A program made the translations under genes and the position numbers. A stretch of 63,840 bases of DNA, filler included. It is 9 parts of 9 records of this genome, joined end to end, with 100 filler letters (N's around TTAATTAATTAA, not from the genome) between each part and the next. Parts side by side here need not be neighbours in the genome. Positions count along the whole stretch, not along the records: positions 8,319 to 13,478 come from SRR31156797_30452; positions 13,579 to 27,513 come from SRR31156797_30481; 7 more parts are not named here. One strand, written 5' to 3'. The notes beneath the pieces were generated by a model. The model had not been told where the DNA came from and made no database searches. It saw nothing but the letters and a program-made list of their open reading frames with translations. Each line of letters starts with the position of its first letter. Within the stretch, counting starts at the first letter, position 1. Shown here in pieces: positions 11,283-20,949 of the stretch.

Positions 11283-12422
11283 ATGGATCTAAAGATTACC
11301 GAAGAGCAGACAATGTTGCGGGAAATGGTTCGCTCGTTGATGAAAAAGGAGTATCCGGAAGAACAGGTACAGCGCTTGTGTTTCGCAAAAGAGTATCCGG
11401 TGGAACTGGACCACAAACTTGGTGAATTGGGAGTGCTTGGAATCTGCTATCCGGAACAATATGGTGGAATGGAACTGGGTTTTATCGAAGTCGCCCTGGT
11501 TGTGGAGGAGCTGTCCCGCTTCACCATGGATATCGGAATGTCATACGGCTTGAACCTTTTGGGTGGGTTGTTGATCCTTACCATGGGGACGGAAGATCAA
11601 AAAAACGAATATCTCCCGAAAATGATCCAAGGGGAGGTCTCCTTTTCCTTGGGATATTCGGAGCCGTATCTGTTCAATGATCCATCCAAGATTCAAGGGC
11701 GTATCCCGGCCGGGGAAACCACGCTGGGTCCTGATGACCTTTTTGTATACACCGAAAGGCGAGGAGCAGAAAAAAATATCATTCTCGTTCCACTCGTCAA
11801 GGATGACCGGCTGGTTATAGGAATCGTTCCCCAGGCGAAATTGGGTACGGGTGAGGTTCAGGACACCATGGGCAGAGACCTTTTGGGGCTCACGAAAATA
11901 TCCGTTGGCGGCGTTGTGCTGGAAAAGAGCCAGATCCTGGGAGAGCAGCAGGATGCTATGTTGTTCACGAGCAATTGGATGAAATTCATCAATACGGTGG
12001 CTGCCGCCGGTAATATGCGGACGGCCATCGGTCAGACGGTTGAATATTCCAAAGATAGAAAGCAGTTCGGCAGGCCCATCGGCACTTTCCAGGCCCTTGC
12101 CCATTTGATGGTCGACACCAGTGTTCGGGTGGAGGCCTCCGAGTTATACGGGTATTGGCTGGCATGGCTTCTGGATAAAGAGCGGGAAGAGGGAACGCTG
12201 ATCGGGATCACGAAAGAGATCAACATGGCCAACGCCTATGCCACCAGTACTTTCGTGGATACCGTGAACACAGGGATTCAGGTAATGGGCGGTTACGGGT
12301 ATATGGAAGAGGTCAGCATGGAAAGGTATGCCAGGGATGCACGGATGACCACGTATTTCATGGATAATCTTTTTCTGCAGAAGCTTACCGTTGCCGAAAA
12401 TCTGGGTATCAATTTCAAATAA
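11283..12422 (+). CDS. acyl-CoA dehydrogenase family protein, degenerate (likely non-catalytic) subunit
   Basis: ACAD N-terminus (PEQYGG), RKQFGRPIGTFQAL, QVMGGYGY; eroded middle domain and no catalytic Glu seen. Confidence 0.85.
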   Translation: MDLKITEEQTMLREMVRSLMKKEYPEEQVQRLCFAKEYPVELDHKLGELGVLGICYPEQYGGMELGFIEVALVVEELSRFTMDIGMSYGLNLLGGLLILTMGTEDQKNEYLPKMIQGEVSFSLGYSEPYLFNDPSKIQGRIPAGETTLGPDDLFVYTERRGAEKNIILVPLVKDDRLVIGIVPQAKLGTGEVQDTMGRDLLGLTKISVGGVVLEKSQILGEQQDAMLFTSNWMKFINTVAAAGNMRTAIGQTVEYSKDRKQFGRPIGTFQALAHLMVDTSVRVEASELYGYWLAWLLDKEREEGTLIGITKEINMANAYATSTFVDTVNTGIQVMGGYGYMEEVSMERYARDARMTTYFMDNLFLQKLTVAENLGINFK

Positions 12423-12566
12423 CCCGAACAAAGACTTAAGAAGAGCTTGCCGGATCGGCGCATGGACCCGTTACTTACACGAATGATGCAGGGATACCAA
12501 GAAGTATAAGATTCAGGCATCGACCCGCTGTTCCGTGACCAGGTGAGCTAAAGGCGAGGGAGCACA

Positions 12567-13478
12567 ATGGATTTCAGCCTTACTACCGAACAAGAAGAAT
12601 TTGTGAATGAGGTCGCCGAGTTCTGTCGGAAAAATTGTTCAGACGTCGACATTAATCGTCTGGAGGAATCCGGTGAGGATCCCGAGGATATCGAGGAGAA
12701 ACTCGTTGAGGCCGGGTACTACGGCCTTCCGTTTCCCGTTGAATACGGTGGAATGGGAAAGGACTTCTTCTATTTCGGCCTATTGCTCGAAGGTCTCCTC
12801 CGCGGCGGATATCCTTATCCAGGTCGTTTTCAGGCAACCATGTTGAACGCCTTGAATGTCTTTGAAAGCGGTTCGGAAGAACAGAAAAAAGAGCTTTTGC
12901 CGAAGGTCATACGGGGAGACGCGACCATGTCCATCTCCTTGACCGAACCCAACTCCGGTACCGATGTTGCCGCGCTCTCCACCAAAGGCGTCGAAAAAGA
13001 CGGCGGATTCAGCATCACGGGCCAGAAGGTCTACTCCTCGGGCGCCAGGGGAGAGAGAAACGTTATTGTGGCCGGTGTCCGGACCGATCCCTCGGCCCCG
13101 CGGCACAAGGGAATCACCATGTTCCTGATTCCCTCGAACACGAAAGGGGTTGAATTTCGACGGCTAAAAGGCCTGGGGCGGAACATCGGCGGTTTGTATG
13201 AGGTGTTTTTCGATGAGGCATGGGTTCCGAAGGAGAACATCCTTGGCAAGCTCAATAAAGGGTGGCTCACCCTGGTGAACGGTCTGGCCACGGAAAGGGC
13301 TGTCCTCGGCGCCGGTTACCTCGGATATGCCGAACGAATCTTCGATGATATCCTGAAAACGGCCAAGGAGCGGTCCGTCATGGGACAGCCCATGGGCAGT
13401 CACGCCGCCGTGGCGCAGCAGGTCGCCGAATTTGCAATGGAAGTGCAAGCGGCCAAGTTGTTGATCTACGCGTCTTTG
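12567..13478 (+). CDS. acyl-CoA dehydrogenase (3' truncated)
   Basis: SLTEPNSGTD, ITGQKVYSS, EVFFDE, LATER motifs. Confidence 0.92.
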
Positions 13479-13578
13479 NNNNNNNNNNNNNNNNNNNNNN
13501 NNNNNNNNNNNNNNNNNNNNNNTTAATTAATTAANNNNNNNNNNNNNNNNNNNNNNNNNNNNNNNNNNNNNNNNNNNN
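13479..13578. other. artificial contig spacer
   Basis: N-run / TTAATTAATTAA / N-run. Confidence 0.99.
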
Positions 13579-13723
13579 ACCAGTGCGCTCCATCTTGTAT
13601 TTCAGATGCAGTCATTCCCGCATAAGTCAAAACAGAATCAATCGCGACCTCAGAATAGTGTTTTCGTAAATATTCCACAAACGTCCTGATAATCCGACTG
13701 TTATATAAGGGATTATTATTCAT
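13579..13723 (-). CDS. N-terminal fragment of a probable signal-transduction protein (truncated)
   Basis: MNNNPLYNSRIIRTFVEYLRKHYSEVAIDSVLTYAGMTASEIQDGAHW resembles, from memory, the N-terminal sensory region of deltaproteobacterial kinases and HD-GYP proteins; only 48 codons visible. Confidence 0.5.
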
Positions 13724-13834
13724 GAAATTGTTCCACAGACCGTCATGATTTCTTTACACCCAAAGATAGTCATATAATCGCCATGTTCTTCTGTTTAAAA
13801 CCGTTTTTCTCCATTTGGTCATAAACAAGGTTCC

Positions 13835-16060
13835 CTACCAATCCTTTATCCTGAATTTTCTTTTCATATATTGGACAAATTGGTCAACGAAACGAGCATC
13901 ATAGATCCACAGCTGATACTGCTTTTCATACGGTATATCCATGGCCTCCACATGGTCCCTTGGAAAAAACATAACGGGAACTTCTCCCATACGGTATTCT
14001 CCAAGCAACTGTCCAATGACCGTTGACAGGATACTCCAAGACAAATGTTCGGGATTTATCAGCAAAACTTTGATGCCGTTTAGCAATTCAGAAAGATTGA
14101 ACCCGAAATCCGATCTGTTAACAATCAGGACTGTCTCAAGGTCTCCCATGAATTTGAGGGAATACGCCCGCCATTTTCTCAAAAAACCGAGGCGGCTAAA
14201 AGCTTCCTCAAAGGGTTTTTCGCTACGGCTTTTTTGGGCAAGGCCCAGGGCATCCATAAAGAGTCCCCCTGAACGGTTGCGGTAAAAGAGATTCAGTTCC
14301 CAGAGATTCATTGCCGAACACTCACTAACGGACCATCCCTCCGGGAGTTGGCTTGGAATTGAAGGGCCTGAATAAGGGAGATAAGAGAAAAGATCCATGG
14401 AACAAACCCCTGTGTTCTCTTTGGACCTGGCAAATCCACCGAATACTCTATCTGGAAATTTGTTTTCGGGCCGGAAGTAAACCATCATTTGATCAATTTT
14501 AGTGGAGGGAAGGCGATGCATATCGTTCAGATACAGTACAATTTGCTTCAACACAGCAAAGCCCGCCCTGCTTCCTTCCACGCTCCTGGCGGCATGATGT
14601 TGGATCAACCAGGCACGCTCATAGGCCCTTACCATCGAAATGTGGGCAAAGAGCCGCCCGTTTCTCTGATAGACAAAATGTCTGGCAATCGCCGGATTAT
14701 TATTGTAAAGATCTCGATAGGTTTGCTTAAATCCTTCCTTTTGGGATTGGATGAGGTCATATTTTTTGGGATAAATAAAGCCTGTTTCGAAAAAGAACTC
14801 CCACAGTGCATCCATATCCACCTTATTGGAAATACGCGAATGGGGATCTATTGAATTGGCCAAAATGTGGACCAGGCGGGTGTAACATTCAATATCCATG
14901 TCAAGGATGGCAAAGTCGAGCTGGACGACTCTCGCATCTTTTTCAAAACGGCCGGTTACCTGGGCGGAGCATTCCATTTTTACGGCACCGGCAAACTCGA
15001 TCATTAGCTCAGGAATGATCATGCCCTGCATTAAAACGCCTTCATCTTTTGCTTCATACACAGAAAACCCTGAGGTGGAGATAGCTGAAACATCGAGTTG
15101 CATCCTTCTTTCAAAAAAAGGATGGTCAAAAATGATAATGGGTTTTGGTGAAAGATTCTGTGTCGGCTTTCCGATTTTCACACTCTCGGAACGTTGGATT
15201 TGATTTTCTGCGGGTACCAGGACAACATCCGAAAAATCCAAACCTTCTTGTTGACGAACACAATGACAGAGGCCGGAAAACAAATTCTGTTGATCGATGC
15301 GAAGATGGACCATCGTCAAGGCATCCGAACCGGGCGACCATTCAAAACCATTGAAAGGCATATGACTTAATCGAACGCAAAATCCTTCAGGACTGTAATC
15401 CAACAACTCCCCTTTGATCACGAGTCCCCGTTGAACCAGCTCAACCTCTATTTTCTCGCAAGGATAGCGCCTTGCCCGGCGCTGACCCACGGCATAACCT
15501 TCCTGCGGCAGATTAAAAGAAAAGCTGTGCTTGTCCATCTTGATTAGGGTAGCGGGTATCAGCGTCACAGATTTCCCATCATCGATAATAAGTTGAAGAA
15601 ACGTATATTTTTTGAAATTTATTCGTAACGAGTTATCATCTAAAAAATGACAGGTCAATTCATTGTCAAGGCATGGACCAGACTTTGCTTTTACAATCAC
15701 GTTATCGTCGTATTTGGGATGACGCAGCAGGATAAGGAGGTGCTTATCCATAAAGTGGGCATAATTCAGTTTATTCTTCAAGGATTTATTATCGATCACT
15801 TTAGCGGATTTTAGCGCATTATTGAGACCTTGATGTTGAAACAGCCAAGGTGGAAGTGCGAATTCCCCATTGGAGACAGGTCCATTTAAGTCTTCCTGTC
15901 CGATAATCGGTTCTTCTTTGCCCTTTTTTGATTTACTACCGGGAAATTTCAGGACCTTGCCATTTTTTGGCGGCATTTCAAAAGAGCCGTCTTTCTTCAT
16001 CTCAACCCCTACGACCTGAATCCCGGAATTCTTGCCAACACCGACCATAAACATGTTCAT
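13835..16060 (-). CDS. PilZ domain protein (one intact and one degenerate PilZ) with C-terminal GNAT-like domain
   Basis: RRARR (RxxxR) plus DYSPEG (DxSxxG); second PilZ-like unit AISTSGFSV; C-terminal YQRNGRLFAHISMVRAYERAWLIQHHAA...YFRPEN; alternative start at 16000. Confidence 0.75.
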   Translation of the reverse strand: MNMFMVGVGKNSGIQVVGVEMKKDGSFEMPPKNGKVLKFPGSKSKKGKEEPIIGQEDLNGPVSNGEFALPPWLFQHQGLNNALKSAKVIDNKSLKNKLNYAHFMDKHLLILLRHPKYDDNVIVKAKSGPCLDNELTCHFLDDNSLRINFKKYTFLQLIIDDGKSVTLIPATLIKMDKHSFSFNLPQEGYAVGQRRARRYPCEKIEVELVQRGLVIKGELLDYSPEGFCVRLSHMPFNGFEWSPGSDALTMVHLRIDQQNLFSGLCHCVRQQEGLDFSDVVLVPAENQIQRSESVKIGKPTQNLSPKPIIIFDHPFFERRMQLDVSAISTSGFSVYEAKDEGVLMQGMIIPELMIEFAGAVKMECSAQVTGRFEKDARVVQLDFAILDMDIECYTRLVHILANSIDPHSRISNKVDMDALWEFFFETGFIYPKKYDLIQSQKEGFKQTYRDLYNNNPAIARHFVYQRNGRLFAHISMVRAYERAWLIQHHAARSVEGSRAGFAVLKQIVLYLNDMHRLPSTKIDQMMVYFRPENKFPDRVFGGFARSKENTGVCSMDLFSYLPYSGPSIPSQLPEGWSVSECSAMNLWELNLFYRNRSGGLFMDALGLAQKSRSEKPFEEAFSRLGFLRKWRAYSLKFMGDLETVLIVNRSDFGFNLSELLNGIKVLLINPEHLSWSILSTVIGQLLGEYRMGEVPVMFFPRDHVEAMDIPYEKQYQLWIYDARFVDQFVQYMKRKFRIKDW

Positions 16061-16570
16061 GATCAGGCCTGGCAGACCAATCGTAAGACTCCATATCGAT
16101 TACAAACCTAAGGTTTGCGATGCCCAATTTCACATGTCATGACCCATTCGATGCTAAGCATCAAAAGTAAATAGCAAAATAATCCTTAAAAAATAAATAT
16201 TTATCACATTAATATAAAGTTGTCAAGCAATGTTGGTTTTTCGCCATGGCAAAATCCACGCAGCAACAAGAGACGGTGGTCCGTTCTCCAATTGCAAAAT
16301 ATCCCACCCAAAACCCCAAGAGGGTCGAGGCATGGCCACCACACCTAAATTGAACCTTTACATTTTAAAATCCATTTAGCTAAAAATCATCCCCTCAATC
16401 ATCAGGTTTTCCGCCCCTGCTTTCGGGGTTTCTTTCCCTTGACGCCAAAGCTGTATTATGCAATGGTTACCTTTATAAAATCAGCTGCTTACCATATAAT
16501 CTGGAGAACGGTTCCATAACGATGGTACTCCGCTTGGGAACGATTACCCGCAACTGGAGGAAAAATCAGC

Positions 16571-18976
16571 ATGAAATGGCTCAAACGCCTGTTATTTCCA
16601 CTCGTATTTCTGGTGATCGCCTATTTTGCCATTTTACTTTTATTGCCTTATCTGAACGATTACCAGAAAGACGGCGAATTGACCCTTCCGGGGCTAAAAA
16701 AATCCGTCACCGTAAAGCGGGATGAAAAGGGGATGGCCTATATTTATGCGGATAACCTCCATGACGCCATTATGGCCCAGGGGTTTGTGACCGCACAGGA
16801 CCGATTGTTTCAGATGCAGTTAACCCGGCTTTTCGCCCAGGGACGGATCTGTGAACTGGCAGGGGAAAAGGGCAGGGTCCTTGATATCCGCATGCGCACA
16901 ATCGGGCTTCACCGCATTGCGAAGAAGCAAGAGTCTATGCTGAACCGGCAGACCCGCGGTTTTTTTCAGTGGTATGTGGATGGCGTAAACGCTTTCATCA
17001 AGGAGTGTCCAAAAGATGCTCACCTGGAATTCAAACTTGCGGGGATAAAGCCCGAACCCTGGACCGTGACCGATTCACTCTCCGTTTTATACTACATGGG
17101 CTTTTCCACTTCAGCCAATATCCATACGGAAATTGTAGCCCAGATCCTCATAGAAGCGGTGGGGCCTGACAAGGCCATGGAAATCATGCCCATAAACATC
17201 AATCCCCATGAACCTCCTGATAAAAATGAGTCATCACCACATGCCTCCGCGGTTTCATACGGATTTTCTCTCTCCCATTACGGAAAACTGTTTGCCATCA
17301 CAAACGACAGGGGCCTCCGGGTGGGGAGCAATAACTGGGCGGTTTCACCGGCCCTGTCTCCCGGCGGGAAACCGGTTCTGGCGGGCGATCCCCACCTTGA
17401 TACCAGAATATTACCCGGAGTATGGTATCCGTTCGGCATGATAACACCGGAAATCCGGGTCGTTGGTGCCAACATTCCCGGATTACCGGGGTTTGCCATA
17501 GGGAGAACATCTTATGTTTCAGTGGCGGCTACCAACAATTATGGAGATATGCAGGATCTATATGTGGAAACCATCGACCCGACCCGGCCGGGTCACTATC
17601 TGGAGGGGAAGGTTTCCCACCCGTTCCGGGTGATTGAAGAAAAGCTCAAGATAAAAGATAAGGAAGCACCCGGGGGGTACCGTGAAGAAAAGATCAAGAT
17701 CAGATCCACAAAAAGAGGTCCGGTTGTTTCAGAAGTGTTGAAAGGCTTTGAAACGGACAAGGTCATCACTCTGCGCTGGGCCCCTGTTGAAAGCATGGGC
17801 GACCATATCGGAATTTTCCGATTTGCAACGGCAAAGTCGGTAACTGAAATGCATAAGGCCCTGGAAAATGTTTCCATGCTCTGTCTCAACTGGGTTTTTG
17901 CCGACACATGGGGGAATATCGGATACCGGGCAAGCGGAAAGATCCCCATTCGTTCCAACAATGACGGTACGGTTCCTTACAGGATCGTGGACGGTAATGA
18001 CAACTGGAACGGCTGGATTCCACAATACCTGATGCCCCACAGTACAAACCCCCACAAGGGATGGGTGGGGACCTGCAATCATAAAGTGGTTTCCAGCGAT
18101 TATCCCTATTATTATTCTTCCCATTTCTCGCCTTCCTATCGATACAGAAGGTTGATGGAACTTCTGAACAGCCCTAAAGGCAAAAACGTGAATGACCACT
18201 GGCAATATCAGCGGGACGAGAAAAATCTCCTGGCGGAAAAAATTGCTCCCATCATGGCAAAGGCCCTCCTGACACACAAAGATACGGAAAAATTGGGAAA
18301 GATTCTCGCCCAATGGAATTTCATGGACAAGCCGGATCTTGCCGCCCCCACGATTTTTCAGGCCACCTATCTTGCTTTTGCCAGGCTGGTGTTTGAAGAC
18401 GAACTGGGGAAAAATGCAACGGACACCTTTCTGAGCAACTGGTATTTCTGGCAGGAACGTTTGGAAAGAATGCTCCTTGAAGGTTCGTCAGATTGGTTTG
18501 ATAATATCAACACAGGGGAAAAAATTGAAACGTTGAACGATCTTTTCCACCAAGCGGCTTTGAAAGCCGAAAACCAACTCAGTGAAAAGTTCGGAAAAGA
18601 CCCCCACAATTGGCTCTGGGGAAAGATACACACCCTTGAGTTGGTCAGTCCCCTTCGTCGAAAAGGCCCGGGGAAAGGACTCCTTGGAAGCGGTCAAATG
18701 CCCATGGGGGGGTCCGGAGAGACGCTTTACAGGGGGCTTTATGAGCCCAACAACCCATTTTCGGTAAAAGTTTCCGCTTCACTCCGCATGGTTGCCGACA
18801 TGTCGGATGGTGAAAAAGTGGCCGCAGTGCTACCGGGCGGCATCACGGGACGTCTTTTCAGCCCGCATCATAAGGACCAGGTTAAACCCTTCATGGATGG
18901 GAGCAAAAGGTACTGGTGGTTCAGCGACAAGGCCATCAACGAGCATACGGAGCACACCCTGCAACTCAACCCTTGA
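16571..18976 (+). CDS. penicillin acylase family Ntn-hydrolase (S45) with N-terminal membrane anchor
   Basis: V.RDEKGMAYIYA, AQGFVTAQDRLFQM, beta-chain nucleophile GSNNWAVS, GDPHL. Confidence 0.93.
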   Translation: MKWLKRLLFPLVFLVIAYFAILLLLPYLNDYQKDGELTLPGLKKSVTVKRDEKGMAYIYADNLHDAIMAQGFVTAQDRLFQMQLTRLFAQGRICELAGEKGRVLDIRMRTIGLHRIAKKQESMLNRQTRGFFQWYVDGVNAFIKECPKDAHLEFKLAGIKPEPWTVTDSLSVLYYMGFSTSANIHTEIVAQILIEAVGPDKAMEIMPININPHEPPDKNESSPHASAVSYGFSLSHYGKLFAITNDRGLRVGSNNWAVSPALSPGGKPVLAGDPHLDTRILPGVWYPFGMITPEIRVVGANIPGLPGFAIGRTSYVSVAATNNYGDMQDLYVETIDPTRPGHYLEGKVSHPFRVIEEKLKIKDKEAPGGYREEKIKIRSTKRGPVVSEVLKGFETDKVITLRWAPVESMGDHIGIFRFATAKSVTEMHKALENVSMLCLNWVFADTWGNIGYRASGKIPIRSNNDGTVPYRIVDGNDNWNGWIPQYLMPHSTNPHKGWVGTCNHKVVSSDYPYYYSSHFSPSYRYRRLMELLNSPKGKNVNDHWQYQRDEKNLLAEKIAPIMAKALLTHKDTEKLGKILAQWNFMDKPDLAAPTIFQATYLAFARLVFEDELGKNATDTFLSNWYFWQERLERMLLEGSSDWFDNINTGEKIETLNDLFHQAALKAENQLSEKFGKDPHNWLWGKIHTLELVSPLRRKGPGKGLLGSGQMPMGGSGETLYRGLYEPNNPFSVKVSASLRMVADMSDGEKVAAVLPGGITGRLFSPHHKDQVKPFMDGSKRYWWFSDKAINEHTEHTLQLNP

Positions 18977-19134
18977 ACCCCACAATCGCCATAAAAAGCA
19001 TTTTTCAAAAACAGGATACCCTTGCCAAAATTCCGATACTAAGATAGATTGGATGCCAAATTTCAGGACCTTCCTAAAATTTAAACCACTTTCGGTAGGT
19101 CTTCTGAAGAAAAGGCATTTGCCGGGATGAACCC

Positions 19135-20910
19135 ATGAAAAAAATTCTTGTTGTCGATAATGATCTATTGATCCTTGAATTTGTCAAAGACCTGCTGGAA
19201 GGAAATAATCATGAGGTCCGCGTGGCCGAAGACGGCTTAAAAGCCCTGGATATCCTTCAAACCTATATGCCGGACCTCATATTTGTGGACCTGGTCATGC
19301 CCAATATCGATGGTCGGCAACTGTGCCACGCCATTCGTAAAATGAAACGCCAGAAAAACAGCATCATTGCCGTCATGTCGGCCCTGGCAGCCGAAGAACA
19401 GGGCAATATGGCCCATCTGGAAGCGGACATCCTCATCGCCAAAGGGCCGTTTCCGGAACTCTCCCGTAATATTTTGTCGGTGGTGGAAAACCCCGAGGAA
19501 AACCGCCTTAAATGCCTGGGGGGTGACTTTTTGGGTGCCGAAGACATGTGGCCCAGAAAAATCACCCAGGAATTGCTTTCCGCAAAGAAGCATGTTGAAA
19601 TCATCCTCGAAAAAATGAAGGAAGGCATCCTGGAGATTGAAGCCGATGGCAGGATCATATCCGTCAATTCAAGTGTCCGTTTCCTGACAGGACTCTCTGA
19701 AAGCGATCTTTTGGGCACCCGATTCGCCACACTATTTGCGGAGGAACACCAGGCGCGAATCACCGAATTGCTGAAACAAAACAACAAGACAAAAGAAATC
19801 ATTGAAATCAATGAAGAATCACCGGTCTTGCTCTGTGGCCGTCTTGTGGCACTGAACCTCATTCCACTGCAAGACCATGCGGTTATCATCATCAACGACA
19901 TTACCGAGCGCAAACGGAAAGAGCTGGAATTGAGGGAAAGCCAGGGGCTCATTGGTTCCCTGGTGGACAATATGCTGGATGCGGCTGTTATCATTGACCA
20001 GGACGGCAAAACCCTTTTCGCCAACAATGCCGCGGCCGAACTCATTGAAATGGAATCCCCGCAAGAGCTGCTGGGAAAACGCGTCAGCGATTTCATTCAC
20101 CCGGACTGCATGAAATCGGTCATCAGGAATTACCTGATGGTAAAAAGACGCCATGCCAGGTTTCTCAATGAATATAAAATCATCACGCCGGGTGGCGAAG
20201 AGAAGGACGTTGAAGGGTTGGGCACCAATATCATGTTCAAGGGGACGCCCGCCCACATCGTGACGCTGAGAGACATCAGCGAACGCAAAAATGCCGAAAA
20301 AAAGATCAGAGACGGCATCATCAGATTGAGTAAAAATCTTGAAGAAACGGTCGTCTCCCTGGCATCGGCATTTGAAATGAAGGATCCCTATACGGCAGGT
20401 CACCAGAGAAGGGTAACGGAAATCGCCTCCGCCATAGCCCTTGAAATGGATATTGAAAAGGACCGTTTCCAGGGCATGAGGCTGGCCTCCCAGGTACATG
20501 ACATCGGAAAAATCAACGTACCGGCGGAAATCCTCAGCAAGCCCGGAAAACTGAGTGAGCCGGAATTCGAGCTGATTCGAACCCATTCCGAAGCGGGTTA
20601 TGACATCCTCAAAAAGATCAATTTTCCATGGCCCATTTCCAGGATAGTACTGCAACACCATGAACGGATGGATGGCTCAGGATATCCCAACGGCTTGTCG
20701 GGGCGGGAGATCCTGCTTGAAGCCAGGATTATTGCGGTAGCCGACGTCATCGAAGCCATGGCCACGCACAGGCCCTACAGGGCATCGCTGGGCATCGAAA
20801 GTGCCCTGGAGGAGATTGAGGGGAACCGGGGACTGCTCTACGACAAGGATGTGGCGGACACATGTCTGCACCTGTTTCGCTCGGGAAAATTCCGGTTGGA
20901 GACGGAATAA
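19135..20910 (+). CDS. response regulator with REC, two PAS and HD-GYP domains (c-di-GMP phosphodiesterase)
   Basis: KKILVVDN...DLVMPNIDG receiver; DITERK and DISERK PAS ends; DPYTAGHQ, HDIGK, HHERMDGSGYP. Confidence 0.93.
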   Translation: MKKILVVDNDLLILEFVKDLLEGNNHEVRVAEDGLKALDILQTYMPDLIFVDLVMPNIDGRQLCHAIRKMKRQKNSIIAVMSALAAEEQGNMAHLEADILIAKGPFPELSRNILSVVENPEENRLKCLGGDFLGAEDMWPRKITQELLSAKKHVEIILEKMKEGILEIEADGRIISVNSSVRFLTGLSESDLLGTRFATLFAEEHQARITELLKQNNKTKEIIEINEESPVLLCGRLVALNLIPLQDHAVIIINDITERKRKELELRESQGLIGSLVDNMLDAAVIIDQDGKTLFANNAAAELIEMESPQELLGKRVSDFIHPDCMKSVIRNYLMVKRRHARFLNEYKIITPGGEEKDVEGLGTNIMFKGTPAHIVTLRDISERKNAEKKIRDGIIRLSKNLEETVVSLASAFEMKDPYTAGHQRRVTEIASAIALEMDIEKDRFQGMRLASQVHDIGKINVPAEILSKPGKLSEPEFELIRTHSEAGYDILKKINFPWPISRIVLQHHERMDGSGYPNGLSGREILLEARIIAVADVIEAMATHRPYRASLGIESALEEIEGNRGLLYDKDVADTCLHLFRSGKFRLETE

Positions 20911-20949
20911 TTTTTCTACACCCGAACACCAATGAACAGGGCGCGAAAC

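Noticed and set aside
16061..16570. Possible c-di-GMP riboswitch upstream of the PilZ or acylase genes
   Set aside because: No GGCAAA...GACGCAAAGC (GEMM-type) architecture seen; only ordinary sigma70-like elements
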